A DNA stretch of 64,000 nt from contig CM120649.1 of assembly GCA_051362555.1 (NCBI GenBank), forward strand, positions 3,162,001-3,226,000. The letters are read 5' to 3'. The position numbers and the translations under genes were made by a program. The notes under the pieces are model-generated. The model was not told the DNA's origin. It was given only the letters and a program-made list of their open reading frames with translations, and did not search any database. This stretch comes from Lingula anatina (Eukaryota > Animalia > Brachiopoda). Every line of letters starts with the position of its first letter. The first letter of the stretch is position 1. This document shows positions 50,301 through 62,800 of this stretch, piece by piece.

Positions 50301-51128
50301 GTATAAACCACATGATATACGACTTCGTTGAGGAAGATTTGTAAACAAACAGTCTGCGATTTCCGCCATGTTGGATAATGACGTTGTGTTGTTCTGACGT
50401 TAGTACATTAGTTTCACATGGTTTTAAAATGTGTTAGATGCTTGTTTTAACCAGAAAAAAATTAGAATAGGTAAAATGAAAATAAAAAGTTCAACTAACA
50501 GTGTTTTAAACCATTCGTTGACTTGAAAGAGATGGCTGAAGTTCAGTGCACCGATATACGTGTTCGGATATATTTACGAAAAATGAAGAAATTAGGTCAT
50601 GTTCTATCTGTTACAACGGACAAGTTGTAGAACAGCAGTAAGTTTTGATTTCATGTATAAATAGATTAATGAGTTATCTGTTAGTCCTGAACACGCTTTA
50701 CCCCAAAGACCTGTGAAGATGAAGATATTGTCAAAAATAGAAGGGGGGTGTTCAAAGCATGTGGTTTGTAGGCCTGAGAAAAACGCTTGGTTTGTTACCA
50801 TGGAAACAAAGAGAGTGGAAAAAGTGTATATCATTTTAATCCTCTATCTTTAGGTTATAATATATCACCAAACTAAATCATTTGGTGACACCTGTATAAA
50901 CTTTAAGGCCAATCAATATAACCTTGTTTTTCAGAAGAATTTTTGGTTGATAAACCCCCCAAATTGTCACTGGCCATATCTCTGTAAGTAGGGATTTTTT
51001 TCAGGAAATATTGCAGCCTCAGATATTGTTCATATAAAGGTTCAAACACACCAAATATGATGTAAATCCGTTCACCCCCACCTTGCCGCATTTTCTACAT
51101 TTGGTTTGGTTTTCTCGTGGACACACAC
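47355..51128. mobile_element. Sola3-like DNA transposon remnant (3774 bp) with TTAA TSD and imperfect TIRs
   Basis: TTAA|GAGCTTGTCCACGAGAGAACC..GGCAAGGTGGGGGTCAGCGGATTT at left versus TTAA|GTGTGTGTCCACGAGAAAACC..GGCAAGGTGGGGGTGAACGGATTT on the reverse strand at right. A GAG terminus with a TTAA TSD is the Sola3 pattern. Confidence 0.75.
48690..50369 (-). pseudogene. Decayed, intron-containing transposase-type gene inside the Sola3-like element
   Basis: gccATGG-like start at 50369, Cys-rich N-terminus (CNRDINSHL..LILVRC..TM*PALGYGLGLCWKP), donor at 49948/49947 and acceptor at 49513 giving LMPLGS|GIFEKC, C-terminal G*ALK and KEF..QETG..VSMKMR..IGSYF remnants. Several stops and frameshifts. Confidence 0.6.
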
Positions 51129-53189
51129 TTAAGAAATCGAACCCCCCAACCCCCCCACCCCGCCCCCAACCTTCAGCCTCGCTCCCAATCCCCATCCCGC
51201 CCCTATCGTGTATGAAATCTTGCATCCGCACCCTGCACCTGCCTCTGACCAGCAATATCCTATATTGCTTTCTTCCATGAATTGCTAACATTTTCGAGTG
51301 TTTTTCCTTTATTACTCATAGCATTTAGTACATGTATAGTTTAATCAGTTGTAGGAGTTTTTATTATGCAAAACTACGTGTGTGGTCTCTCAAAGATGGT
51401 AATACTTGCCTGTGTGTAGATGTAGGCAAGCACTGGTGCATTCCCGTTTTTAGCCTTCAGTGACATATTCATTTTTTTGTGAGAAACAAATCTTCTGTAA
51501 AAGAACACCCTCAGGACAACGCAATTTTAAATGGTTTAAGTACATTTCCAACATCTATCATATGCTAGTACCACAACTGAACTTCAGAAAAGAATAAAGC
51601 CAAATGCAGGTCTAGACAGTTTGACCAATTATCTAATTATATAAACCACTTTGACCCACGATGAAAAAGTAATAATTGTAGTCCAATCAAATGAAATGTA
51701 TTGGAATAGAGCGCCTGCGTTATATCAACACTGAAGTGTGTGATCTTTTAATTGAAGTGTGTTATCTTTTTAGCGAAAAGTCTTACCTTCTATCTTCAAT
51801 TTTAGTCAACTATTCCACATTTACCCCGTATTAAAGAACACCAAAATTTTGTCTTTGCTACTTAGTCGACTATTCCACATTAGTCCAGTATTAAAGAATA
51901 CCAAAACTTCGTTTAAAATCTATACCTATTCTCGGTCTACATTAAGTTATTTTGTGGAACGGGTTATAATTATTGTGCAGATGCATACTACGCCAAACGT
52001 TCTCACTTGGGTAACTGCGTTAACCATTTTATGTATTGTGTACCCTGTTGCTTCTAATGACTCAATCCTACCCTCTACCAGGCCGCAGTTATTATTGTGG
52101 ACATTTTTCGCTGAGGCGACATCAGACCAAAATGACTGTCTATTTATCTAGAGACATCTGTGAATATCTGTGGAAAATCAATCTGTCGCTCTGGTAGAGG
52201 GTAACACCCTCCCCCTCGGGGCCAATCGCGCAGAGTGGCATTAGGCAAGTATACAATGGTAGACCCAGGGGGGGGGGGGGGGGCATCGCCTTAGCCCTTG
52301 AGAAACATGTACCCACTTCTCTAATTCTTCTCTTTCAAAAATAAAAAACACTATAATTAGCGAAATTAGAAGTAGCGGTAAAACTGTCCCCACCCAATAT
52401 TTTATATTGCCTGAGGCCAAGCGATGCAAACATTTTTATTATTCTTGTACAATTATATCCACTGCACATGTGCTAGTGATGCTTAAGTAAGAGAATGCAA
52501 AATGTTGAATAGAGGTGTAGTCATGAGTTGCGATTAAAAAAATCGAAAAAGATTACCACTATCAAGCGCTAACGGTAGGAGAATAATTGATCTAAGACGA
52601 CAATTATACAAACAGTATTTTATTATTAAAATGGGAAATAGTAAGTAAACGCTGGACTTTAAAGGAAATACAGGTATATACTGTATTAGAAGTACAGTTA
52701 AAATGCCATTAAAAGCACTGTATTACAGTAGTCTACACGGCACGTCGGGTAGATCTTATGACTGACCGAGGTTAAGTATTGAACACAAATAATGTGTTTA
52801 CTTTGCCTATTGTCCTCTACGCTGTCCTGTCCTCTCGTGAATGTGTCACCAAATAAAGCGACAGGACATTAAGTGTTCACCACGGTAGTTTTCTCGACTA
52901 CTGATGCCGGACCAGAGAAAGTGAGGGTCACCTTGCCACGAGGAATAAGACATAGGTGTTTTCGCGTCCTGCGATCGAGGCAGGTGACTGTCACCACATT
53001 TCACCGACGAGGATTGTCTAAACGTCCAGACCAAAATCTCGTACATCTTTGATGCAAGATATATCAGTACTAGTCCACTAGAAAGCAGTGTGTTAATAAT
53101 ATCTGGCTATTAGGCATGAGTATGCAATAATTTCCAAGCCACGGGAGTGGAGGAAATTCCTCGAGTACTGCACAGTGGGTAGTTATAGG

Positions 53190-53356
53190 CAGGCCCGTAG
53201 CCAGCAATTTCAAAAGGGGGGTTCTTTTTCTGAAAAAGTGGACCTTTTCCCATAAAAACGTCATGTATCTAGATCACATTTTACCCAGAGTTGACATTTT
53301 CCCAGCAAAAGGGGCGGTTCTTTCGAACCCCCCGAAACCCCCTGGCTACGGACCTG
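53190..53356. mobile_element. MITE copy 1, TIR CAGGCCCGTAGCCAG, 5-bp TSD ATAGG
   Basis: atagg|CAGGCCCGTAGCCAG...CTGGCTACGGACCTG|atagg. Confidence 0.85.
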
Positions 53357-53519
53357 ATAGGTGTAAACCAGTACCCTTTCAGTTTGGGCCCTTTCTAAAC
53401 ATAAAGAAGTGTAACATTATGTCTCTGTTGCTGACGTGGGGAGTTGAAAACAAAGTTTTGTCCAGCAAAAGTAGCGCAATGTCTTGTTGTCTATCCTAAA
53501 GAAGAACTCATTCGGGGAT

Positions 53520-53702
53520 CAGGCCCGTAGCCAGGGGGGGGGGGGGGGTTCGGGGGGTTCGAAATAACCACCCCTTTTGCTGGGAAAAGGTCCACTCTGG
53601 GTAAAATTGTATCTACCTGTATGTACATGAAGTTTTTTATGGGAAAAGGTCCACTTTTTCAGAAAAAGAACCCCCCTTTTTAAATTGCTGGCTACGGGCC
53701 TG
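53520..53702. mobile_element. MITE copy 2 of the same family, inverted relative to copy 1, 5-bp TSD GGGAT
   Basis: gggat|CAGGCCCGTAGCCAG...CTGGCTACGGGCCTG|gggat. Its interior is the reverse complement of copy 1. Confidence 0.85.
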
Positions 53703-55399
53703 GGGATGCATTTTTTCTTTTAGCCTGACCTTACTGCAATCACAGCATTCCTCTAGTGAAGTAAGTCAACAGAGAGACCCCGTTGGACCTCAGGCGTGTG
53801 AATATGTGTTATATTTTCGGGATCGTCTTCATAGCGGATTTTAAGCCTGTATCAATTTAGCTTTTTAAAGTGAAGTACACTTTTAACTCAGAACTGAGGA
53901 AACCAGTTTTCAATCGGGTCATTGAATTGACCAATTTCATGGCAAATAACGCAGGTAAGGCGACGTGCTTGCCTCAAGGAAAAGTCCCGGGATGCTAATA
54001 GACCCCTCAAATAGATGGCAAGTAACCTGTGCTACTTGAACTAAGTGGTATGATAGAAGAAATGCTTCTATAATCTATATGCTCAGAATACGATATAGCA
54101 TAAATAAACAAAAAATAAAATAAATAAATAATCAATTAAATAAATAAATAAATAAATAAATAAAAAATACATATATGAAAAAATAAAATGTTAAGTATGA
54201 ATATTGACAAAAAATAAATAATGACTAAAAATGGAAAAGAATAGATATTTAAAGAAATCTGAGGAACGCGCCTGTTTAAACAAACGTCTCAAATCCTTGT
54301 GATAAAAGACCCTAAAAGGGTTTTAGGAAAATTTACTTATACAGACAACATATTGATGAGGCCCCAAATAGCAGATCATATCCCTCTTCAGGTACAAATA
54401 ACATAGGTGATTCAATACTGTAGAGGGGGTCCTATTCTTAATACCCATGACCCGCCAATACACGTATACTGTGTACTTTGTATATATGTATAAGACATGG
54501 AGGTGACCTTTTTGCTTGACAAGGCTTTGGATGCAACCAAATATACTTGTGACACCAGGCGGAACGAAAAAAATTATTTAAAGGTATATCTTGCGCTTTT
54601 GAAAAGGTCTCGGAAGATTATTTCTATTAAAAGACTTAAAAGACTTCAGACCGAAAAAAAAAAATTAAAAAATCAAAATAACGAAACCGATAAAAATCCT
54701 TAAATAAAACTATCTGCTGTCGATCATTAAAGCATGAGAACAAGACGTTTTGGATTCACTTCTTTTTACTTAGATATGATCTAAAATATCAACTCCATAT
54801 ACTGGGAAAGGTCGAGCATAGATTCGTGAGAAAGAGATAGTTGCTACTTTTTTCGAGTAAATAAGATTTTGGCCTGTAAATCCCGTATACAATACCTCTA
54901 AGTTTGAAGTACAGGTAGCTCACAGTAAATCGAAACGACCTGTGCTTTGATGATTAGGTAAAGTCTGGTGTATTCTTCGGTACGTACTTTTTTGTTCTGT
55001 ATTTTGACAACCAGGTTGATTCCGGGACAGCTAAACATGTTATTATTTTTATTACTATTATAGAGAGTCCACACGGTTACAATCGACATGTGACTTGTTC
55101 TTCGGTTTCCTAATACTCGCCGAACAATACAAACTACAAGCATCCCCCCCACACATTTTGAGACTTTAAATAAAGGTGTTAAATATTTGGAAAAGTGTCA
55201 CCTGAAACAAAGCATCAAGGGCCATCAGTGTTGCTTGTTGCTGCGTTTGTTTGGGGGGGGGGGGGGGGGGGGGGGCACAGTATAAGGCTACCAGCTAAAG
55301 TGCCATGAAAAGGTCCGCATACTTCATCTCAATTACGCCATCCGATTTTCTTTCTTCCCCTCAAAACACCTTTTGTTGACGTTAAGTCGACATCGATTG

Positions 55400-55636
55400 T
55401 TAAATAGAACGCGCGGATCACGTGATCTCAGGTAAAGCTTACAATGTACAGTGAGAGAGTGTGAGACATTTAACGATTGCGAACCATTGCACTGCGCACC
55501 GAGGTCGAAAGCAGCCATTTTGTCCTCGGTCAACGCTCGTAGCTAGAAGCGTCGCATTCAACGAGATTTTTTTAGCACCTCACTGCACGCGTCGCATTAT
55601 ATGGAGATAAGATTGTCGTGAGAGGGAAAATACAAA
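55400..55636 (+). promoter_or_regulatory. CpG-rich promoter/5' UTR with palindromic E-box and YY1-like motif
   Basis: GATCACGTGATC at 55416-55427 and GCAGCCATTTTG at 55511-55522, directly upstream of a signal-peptide exon. Confidence 0.5.
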
Positions 55637-55730
55637 ATGGCTTCGAAACGAACCCAGCTGATAACTGCCGTGGCTTTCCTTATCTTGTGTCAAGTGTGGA
55701 CTGGTGGCCTGTCTCAGACCCAGAACCCGG
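55637..55730 (+). CDS. First coding exon (signal peptide) of an unidentified secreted or membrane protein; the rest is not identified in this window
   Basis: aaaATGG start, MASKRTQLITAVAFLILCQVWTGGLSQTQNP (basic n-region, hydrophobic core, GLS-Q cleavage-like site), phase-1 donor G|GTAAGT at 55731. Confidence 0.75.
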
Positions 55731-58229
55731 GTAAGTGACACCTTTAAGGTATTTACACCTTAGCGGCCAGGTGTGGTCTCCAACGGGAGAGGGGTGTGTT
55801 AACCCTCACTTACTATCTACAGGTAGATCTTACTCAGACAGCTTGCTTCAAACTACAGCGCTAGATCTAGATCCTGGTCTCATTTAATATGAACTCGATA
55901 CAGGTGTATCTGTCATGAGAAACGTCGAACTGGTCCATGTAATCGCCTTGCACAGATCTTGTTGAAGTGACACTCGAGTATTTTGGGTTGAATACTGGTT
56001 AATCAAGAACTAAAAGCGATCCAATGTATACGTGAGTAAAGGGTTAGTTGTGCCCAACAATAGAAAGCGATCCCAGACCTGTTTTTGACACCTGTAAATG
56101 CAATTTAAATGACCGCCGAGGCATTGCTACCCGTAAGACGTCCAAAAAATACAAATATACACGTATGTCATCTCGTGAGAGAAGGGTTATATGTACATGA
56201 CAATAACTTGTTTTTGACACCTTTTATGTGATTTAAATGACCGCCGAGGTGTAAGTACTCCTACCCGTAAGGCGTTCACAAAATACACTTATGTAAATAT
56301 ACAAATATACATGTATGTCTTTAGTTGCATAACTTGGACTTAAGTAGGTTTTACTCTCGATAGGCCAATTTGGAATAACTCCTGGGTAAAAACTGACCTG
56401 TTCTATATTTAAAGTGTCTCACAGGGCTTAAGGTGTGGCCGGGTCACCTATGTGCTCCGCATTCATTCGTGTTTGCAATTCTATACGTTAACAAAACACT
56501 GGAATTGTATCTGTCCTAAAGAATATTGCACATGGCACAGAAGCCTGTTGATCTCCGCGGGGTTGCGGGGGATTTTCCAAATTATCTGTTTTCTCAACTC
56601 TTGTTATGAAATACCTGAACATTTCGAGGTGCAGGCAGAGGTACATGGCAAGGGGGAGAAATGCATTTAGAGCGGTATATGTACAGTATATGCATATTTG
56701 TTTGTATATGTATATGTATATGTATACAAGGACATTTACATACATGTAGGTGTGGGGGGAGGGGGAGAGAAACATGTATTAAAGACAACGTTTGAAAGAC
56801 AAAATTTGGGGATGCTTTTTTTTTTGAAGATATCACAAAATTTTTGGGGCGGTTCTAAATGTTTTTCATCTTAATGGGCTACTAGTGAAATTTACGTAGA
56901 GAATTTGACTATGCCTAAAATCTAATTTATCTGTCTTTATCACATTGAATGCTGGCTATATTCACACAGCAAAGGAAATCAGTAAGGAAATATATTTCAT
57001 GTACATGTTCAACATGTATAGATCTGATTATTATTCAAGATGACTGCCCATGAAATTCGCACGCTATGAGGAAATTTTCGTGCGTTAATTTACAGGTATA
57101 AATGCTGCGGGTGTGCTTGCTTAATTTTGATAATTTTCTTCCTGCGTCTTACATGCATCACCGCATGTTCTTATTTTCCCTATTTCTTTATATTGGTGAC
57201 TTAAAAATGAAAGATATTAACGACCCCCCCCCCCCCCTCCAAGACAAACCCCCACCCCCTTCCCAGAAAATTACCCATTTTATTGACATCCGCATTTTTA
57301 CATGTGTGTGTGCTCACTTGAATTGTATGTTTAGTTTCTATAACCGCTTCCAGTATCGTATAAAATGTAATGTGTATAATTTCGGCCATGACTGCATTTT
57401 GTTGATGTCACCCCCTTCCCCATATATTGTCGTTTGACAAGTGACATGTTTGCCAGAGGAGAGAAATGCCTTACCTTGACCAAGGTGTCTTTGTAATATT
57501 GAATTATACGTACGGAATAGATAAATAAATGGACAATGATATGCAGATAAATTAAAATTCAAGTAAAGAAATAAATGCAAAGATAATATTAAGCAAACTA
57601 ATGGATAAATAAAAATCTGAATGGATAAAAAATATAAATAAATAAAAAAACCAAAAATTAAATAAATGAATAAATAAAAATGCGTCAATATACATCATTT
57701 ACGACATAGACGTTGCACATGTGCTTCCAGTACCACTTTTTTTGTGCATAGAGTAGTTAATACATACAGGGCACATGTTCTTCAAGCCGGTATAGGTATA
57801 TATATATACAAGTACATGTAAAACGCCATGTGATGTCTTCCTCGGGGGGCATACACAGGTATCTCCGTGCATCTCCTGTCTCGTACTTAACGTGACAATA
57901 TGACAACTTTCTGGTCATACCTACATGTACCCTCGAATATAAACCCCGACTCTGTTTTAACATGTGAACTCACCGCGTCGCCTTTGTATTGGATAGAATA
58001 GCGGTGCCGGGTTAGTCTTATTATAAACGCCAGTTTAAGTAATAATACCCTGTGTCGGTTTCGCCAGCAGCACACTATTTGGCATGAGCATGTCATTTTA
58101 TTTAAGTCTTACACAAAGTGGCTTAAAGTGGCTTAAAACGCGCCCCTCGTGGTAAAATCTAGGCACCTCTGTACGTTTCACACTATTTCGCGTTTGTTAT
58201 TTATTTTTATACACGCTAAATCTCTCATA

Positions 58230-58414
58230 CAGGGCCCTAGTCAGCAATTTCAAAGGGGCGATTCTTTTTCTTTTTTGGAAAAGAGGATTTATCCACCTCC
58301 TCAGTTGACCCAACAAAATGTCATAGAGCTTTGATTAAATTTCTTTCAGAGTGAACCTTTTCCGACCAAAAGGACGGTTCTTTTTGCACCCCTTACCCCC
58401 CGCCAAAGGGTCTG
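58230..58414. mobile_element. Degenerate third copy of the CAGGCCCGTAGCCAG MITE
   Basis: Shares CAGCAATTTCAAAGGGG..TTCTTTT and AAAAGG..CGGTTCTTT..CCCC with copy 1. Termini decayed, no clear TSD. Confidence 0.55.
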
Positions 58415-59796
58415 TAATTCACTATGCGACAACATGGCTGCTAGATATATTGTTAGTAAGAACAGCTGTGTACGAGGGAGACTGACGTGTACATGGGTGT
58501 AGCCTCTGGAGTGAAGAGCAATATATCCAATTATTTCAACCACGGAAGTACAGATGCCTTCTCTGTTTCCTTGTATATATATATATATAACTTCAAACCT
58601 TTTTACTGTAGTGACACCTGGGCCCCCGTTAACCAGGACCTGAAATGATAATAATAAAAAGAACGAGGTTGGGTTTTGCCTCCATTTTATTACATTTTGG
58701 GTGAAGTATTAACCTATGATTAGCCATCTTCCTATTTCATGCATAATTAATAAGTGATTAAAAAAGGCAAAGAGGTTTTCCAATAGAGCACTCCCCTTAA
58801 AAAAAAAGAGCATTGATTTTAATGATGAAGCTATTAATGCTAGGATACAGTGGCGCTCTTAATGGGAAGTATGAAATTATATAGTATATGTTTATCATTG
58901 GAAAAATAATGGAATTAAAAATGCAGCATTTTTAGTTTGATTTTATATAATAAAATCCTATAAAGCAAAAATTCTCAAGCAGTGTATTACAAAATCCAGA
59001 TATGCATCGTAGAAAAACAATAATCAAAATCTTCCTTGTGTCTACCCCTTTCCCAACTAAGATTGGAAACCCCGCACCCATTTCTCTCTCCAAAATCAGT
59101 AGAAAAAAAAACAAAAACAAAAAATATTACAGTAAAATTGTCCTCGTTCATTAATTGCTATTTATCTCGCGAAACGATGCAAAATCTATCTTCGTGTGCC
59201 CTCTCTCTCCCCCCCCATGGGAGATCCCCTGAAAAGAACAGGGCATTCATAATTATTGATTAGTAGAAGCCAAAACCTAAAACAGATTTGTATTTCAATT
59301 TGATCTGTGCGATATTAATTTTTTTTGGTAGCAAAATACCTGAAGAGTACTGATATAATCATGTTGAATTGCCTGCACTTACATGTAGCAGAATCATATT
59401 ACTCACTGCGGCACATCATCTATTTTGGTATGTGCTGAGTTTTATCAGAGCAAAGTAATCAGCGACGATGATTTCCTCATTTATTGAACCATACACAGCC
59501 AATACGAAACCGGATAAAGGCAAGGTATGACTTACTGACAATACAACAATAACAGAACGATGCTCCCAGAAAAATAATATATTGGCTAATTGAATTCCAC
59601 GGCAACGAACCACGCCGCGTTTCAACTAATTGGTTGTTGCGTGAGAGTAGTGCGGATGTTCGTCCCCATTTTTTCAATTTGGTCACTGAAACGTACCATG
59701 ATGAAGGTTATGACATGAGATGAAATTATTCAATGCCGCGTGCTTTATTATGTAGCAGAATCCAATTCACGCATGGAATGGTTTCTAAAAGAGTCT

Positions 59797-59842
<46 letters not shown>

Positions 59843-62800
59843 CTGCCATTGACTCAGCTTCAGGATAACTTAAAAATGTGACCTTAAAGATCAATACGAG
59901 AAGATACGTCACATTTTTCTTCTATATTCTACAGGAGGAGAATACAAATAACATCGCAATGCTTTATGTGTTTGTGTATGTGCACTATCTATTTAATAAG
60001 ATATTTCTGAAAAATTGCCAAGGTGTAACGTTTCAGACGCAACAGGAATCCATTATTTGTGAGCAAAATTACGCGAATCCCATAGCACGTCTGGGGAAGT
60101 TTATAGCCTACCACTGGCATTATAATAGTTTCATAGTGTAAACTTAACTTAACCGGTGACTCTCTCACATTTCAGTTTTGTCAGTACGTGTAAAATCCCC
60201 GTCAAATTCACGCAAAGGGAATGTCGCATACTGTAAGGGGGCCAGCGTGCTTAGTCTGGGTATAAAGTCCGTGTTTTCCCAATGATCGCGTCTTTTCATT
60301 AAATTTGCTGTGTCATCTCTTTCTTTGTACTGTTATAAATCATGAGTAAACCATCTTCTCTGTCTGAGGTCAGCAGGATGGTGACGTCATTCAGCCCTAT
60401 GGAACCCCTAAAAATCATGTTCGATACTGTGGAATTAAAAAACTTCGTGTTTCGTTTGGATTCATCGTTTACTTTGGTACAGGGCAACAAGAGATACATC
60501 TAAATCCAATCCATTGTTAGTGGAAGTATGATTTTTCTTTTCTTTACTATTGCTTTCTTTCTTTTTTTTGGGCGGGGGGGGGGGGGGTGTGGGGATAAAC
60601 CACCTCCTTTTTAATTGTCAATCCTGCCATGACTGTCAATTCTGCTTTAACTCATCATCATCTTCATCATCATCATAATCATCATCTACGCCGAAGCAAC
60701 ACATACATGAATATACATGTACATATACAAGCTAGGCCACCTCCCTTCAGTTAACACAGAAGATATATGGCAAATGTCTAATATGAAACTGATACCTATA
60801 TTAGTTCGTCGTAGTTGACATGACCGGCTATTGAGACTAAGACAAGCAGAATGGCTGTACAAGACAACGGTCCAGCGGGTTAATCGTCTAGCTCCCTTTA
60901 AAAATCACGGGTGGGCATAAATGATAGTGAGAGATACTGCCCTCCAAAAACCCAACTCCGTAGCCTCCCCCCTCCTTTCAAAAGTTTCCCGGATCTAATA
61001 GAATACTTTCTATGTTTTCTCCCTAATTTGAGAAGATGATAACTTAATGTGAATCAAGCGTATAGTCACCATGCGTAGATACCTGTAGTTTCACAATAGA
61101 AGTTAAGTGTTTGACCTAACTTAAAGACCACACGTCGTGGTCAATCTGATTCCAGGCTAAGATTTTAGCTGACCATTGAAATACAGATACTTCAGGTCAA
61201 AATATGCACTTCACTGAATTTTTTACTTTTTATAAAACAGACTCATCAAGTTATCTTTAAGATTTAGTTTTTAAGATGAAAAATATAATCAAATAATTGA
61301 AAAACCAAATTAAACAAACAAACAAACAAACAAACAACCAACTAACCAAACAAATAAATATAGGCTCTTCGGTGGAACCGGTCACGATTTTATTGTAAAA
61401 TCTGAACAGACAAGACGGTAATCCGAGCCACTGACAAACCAATAGGTATAAACTGTCCCTGGACGAGACTGACTAAGATCTTAGGTATGATACAACACGA
61501 CTTCGGGCCGTAGGAGTAAGACCACACTTGCCTCAGGTGACACCTGACTGTCAGCTGTCACCGAGTGTCACAAATTATACAATTCAACAACATATTTGTG
61601 ACCATTTGCAGGACCTATTTATGTGTGTGTATGAATGAAAAGTGACATGGGTTAGGGATAATAATAATAATAATAACTAGTCTGTACCTACGGTAAAAAA
61701 AAATAATGAACTCGAGCAGCACTTGCCGTAGGAATCAGGTTTTGTAACATGTCAGATACCATCAAGTATTTTCCCACCTATTATACACTCCCATTGCAAG
61801 GAAAATGCCTCCTCAAGCAAACAAATAAGACTTGAGGATCAAGTTCACCCCGTAGACAAGGTCAGTTTCGTTACAATAAGTTTTTCTCATATGAAAAGCA
61901 AAGAGCATCAAAATCGGGTCAAATCCGACTCTAGATGGAAATGCAGACCGAGGGCAGCATGTCTTGGTCGTGCACAGTGCATGACGGCCATAGGGAATGC
62001 AGGGAAGGGGCGTATTCTATAGACTTTAGTGCGAGTAGGTCTGCTCTATCCAGTGCATAATATAAAGTATAATAAAAGGTGTTCCAAGTCAAATTTACGC
62101 TAAATTGTTGACACGGGGTGACTTGTCCACGTGGGAACGGGAATGCAGATGCTTTGCTATTGGAAGGGAATGTTCTAGTCCCTGGGAACCTTTTCGCGTT
62201 TGAAATCAATAAAGAGCAACCACCGTGTGTTATGCCAATATTTGACTATTTGGATTTGAGGTCAAAACCCCTGTCGGGCGAGAATCTCGGACTTAAAGCG
62301 AGAGTTGGGATTATATATATGGCACTTGCGTTATTACACAACCTGGGTTTCAGTGTATACAAATCGAATATACTAGTACGTCTAAGGTATATTCAGTATA
62401 AGAAGTTTGAAATGGGCTAGTAAGAGGGAACTGTCATTTCATTGACCAATAGCACTAAGCTTTAACATTTTGAAATGAGGTCATACAATGTATTTTGTCC
62501 CCTTCTTGGAAATTTGAACCAGAGAACCATAGAGAGAGAGAAAGAAGGGGGAAGGCGTGGATTGAAGATCTTCAAGGTATCTTCTCTCCTCACCCACCCT
62601 ATTAATTATCCAGCTTTTCAGGGAAAGGGCCTGGAGATATCTGTATTTTTGTATTTCATAAACCTTGTCCCCACTCCACCCTATTAATTATCCAGCTTTT
62701 CAGAGAAAGGACCTGGAGATATTAGTATGTTAGTATTTCATAAATCTTGACATATGATGTGAAAAAACATTTTAAACATGCAATAAAAGCTAATTTTTTC

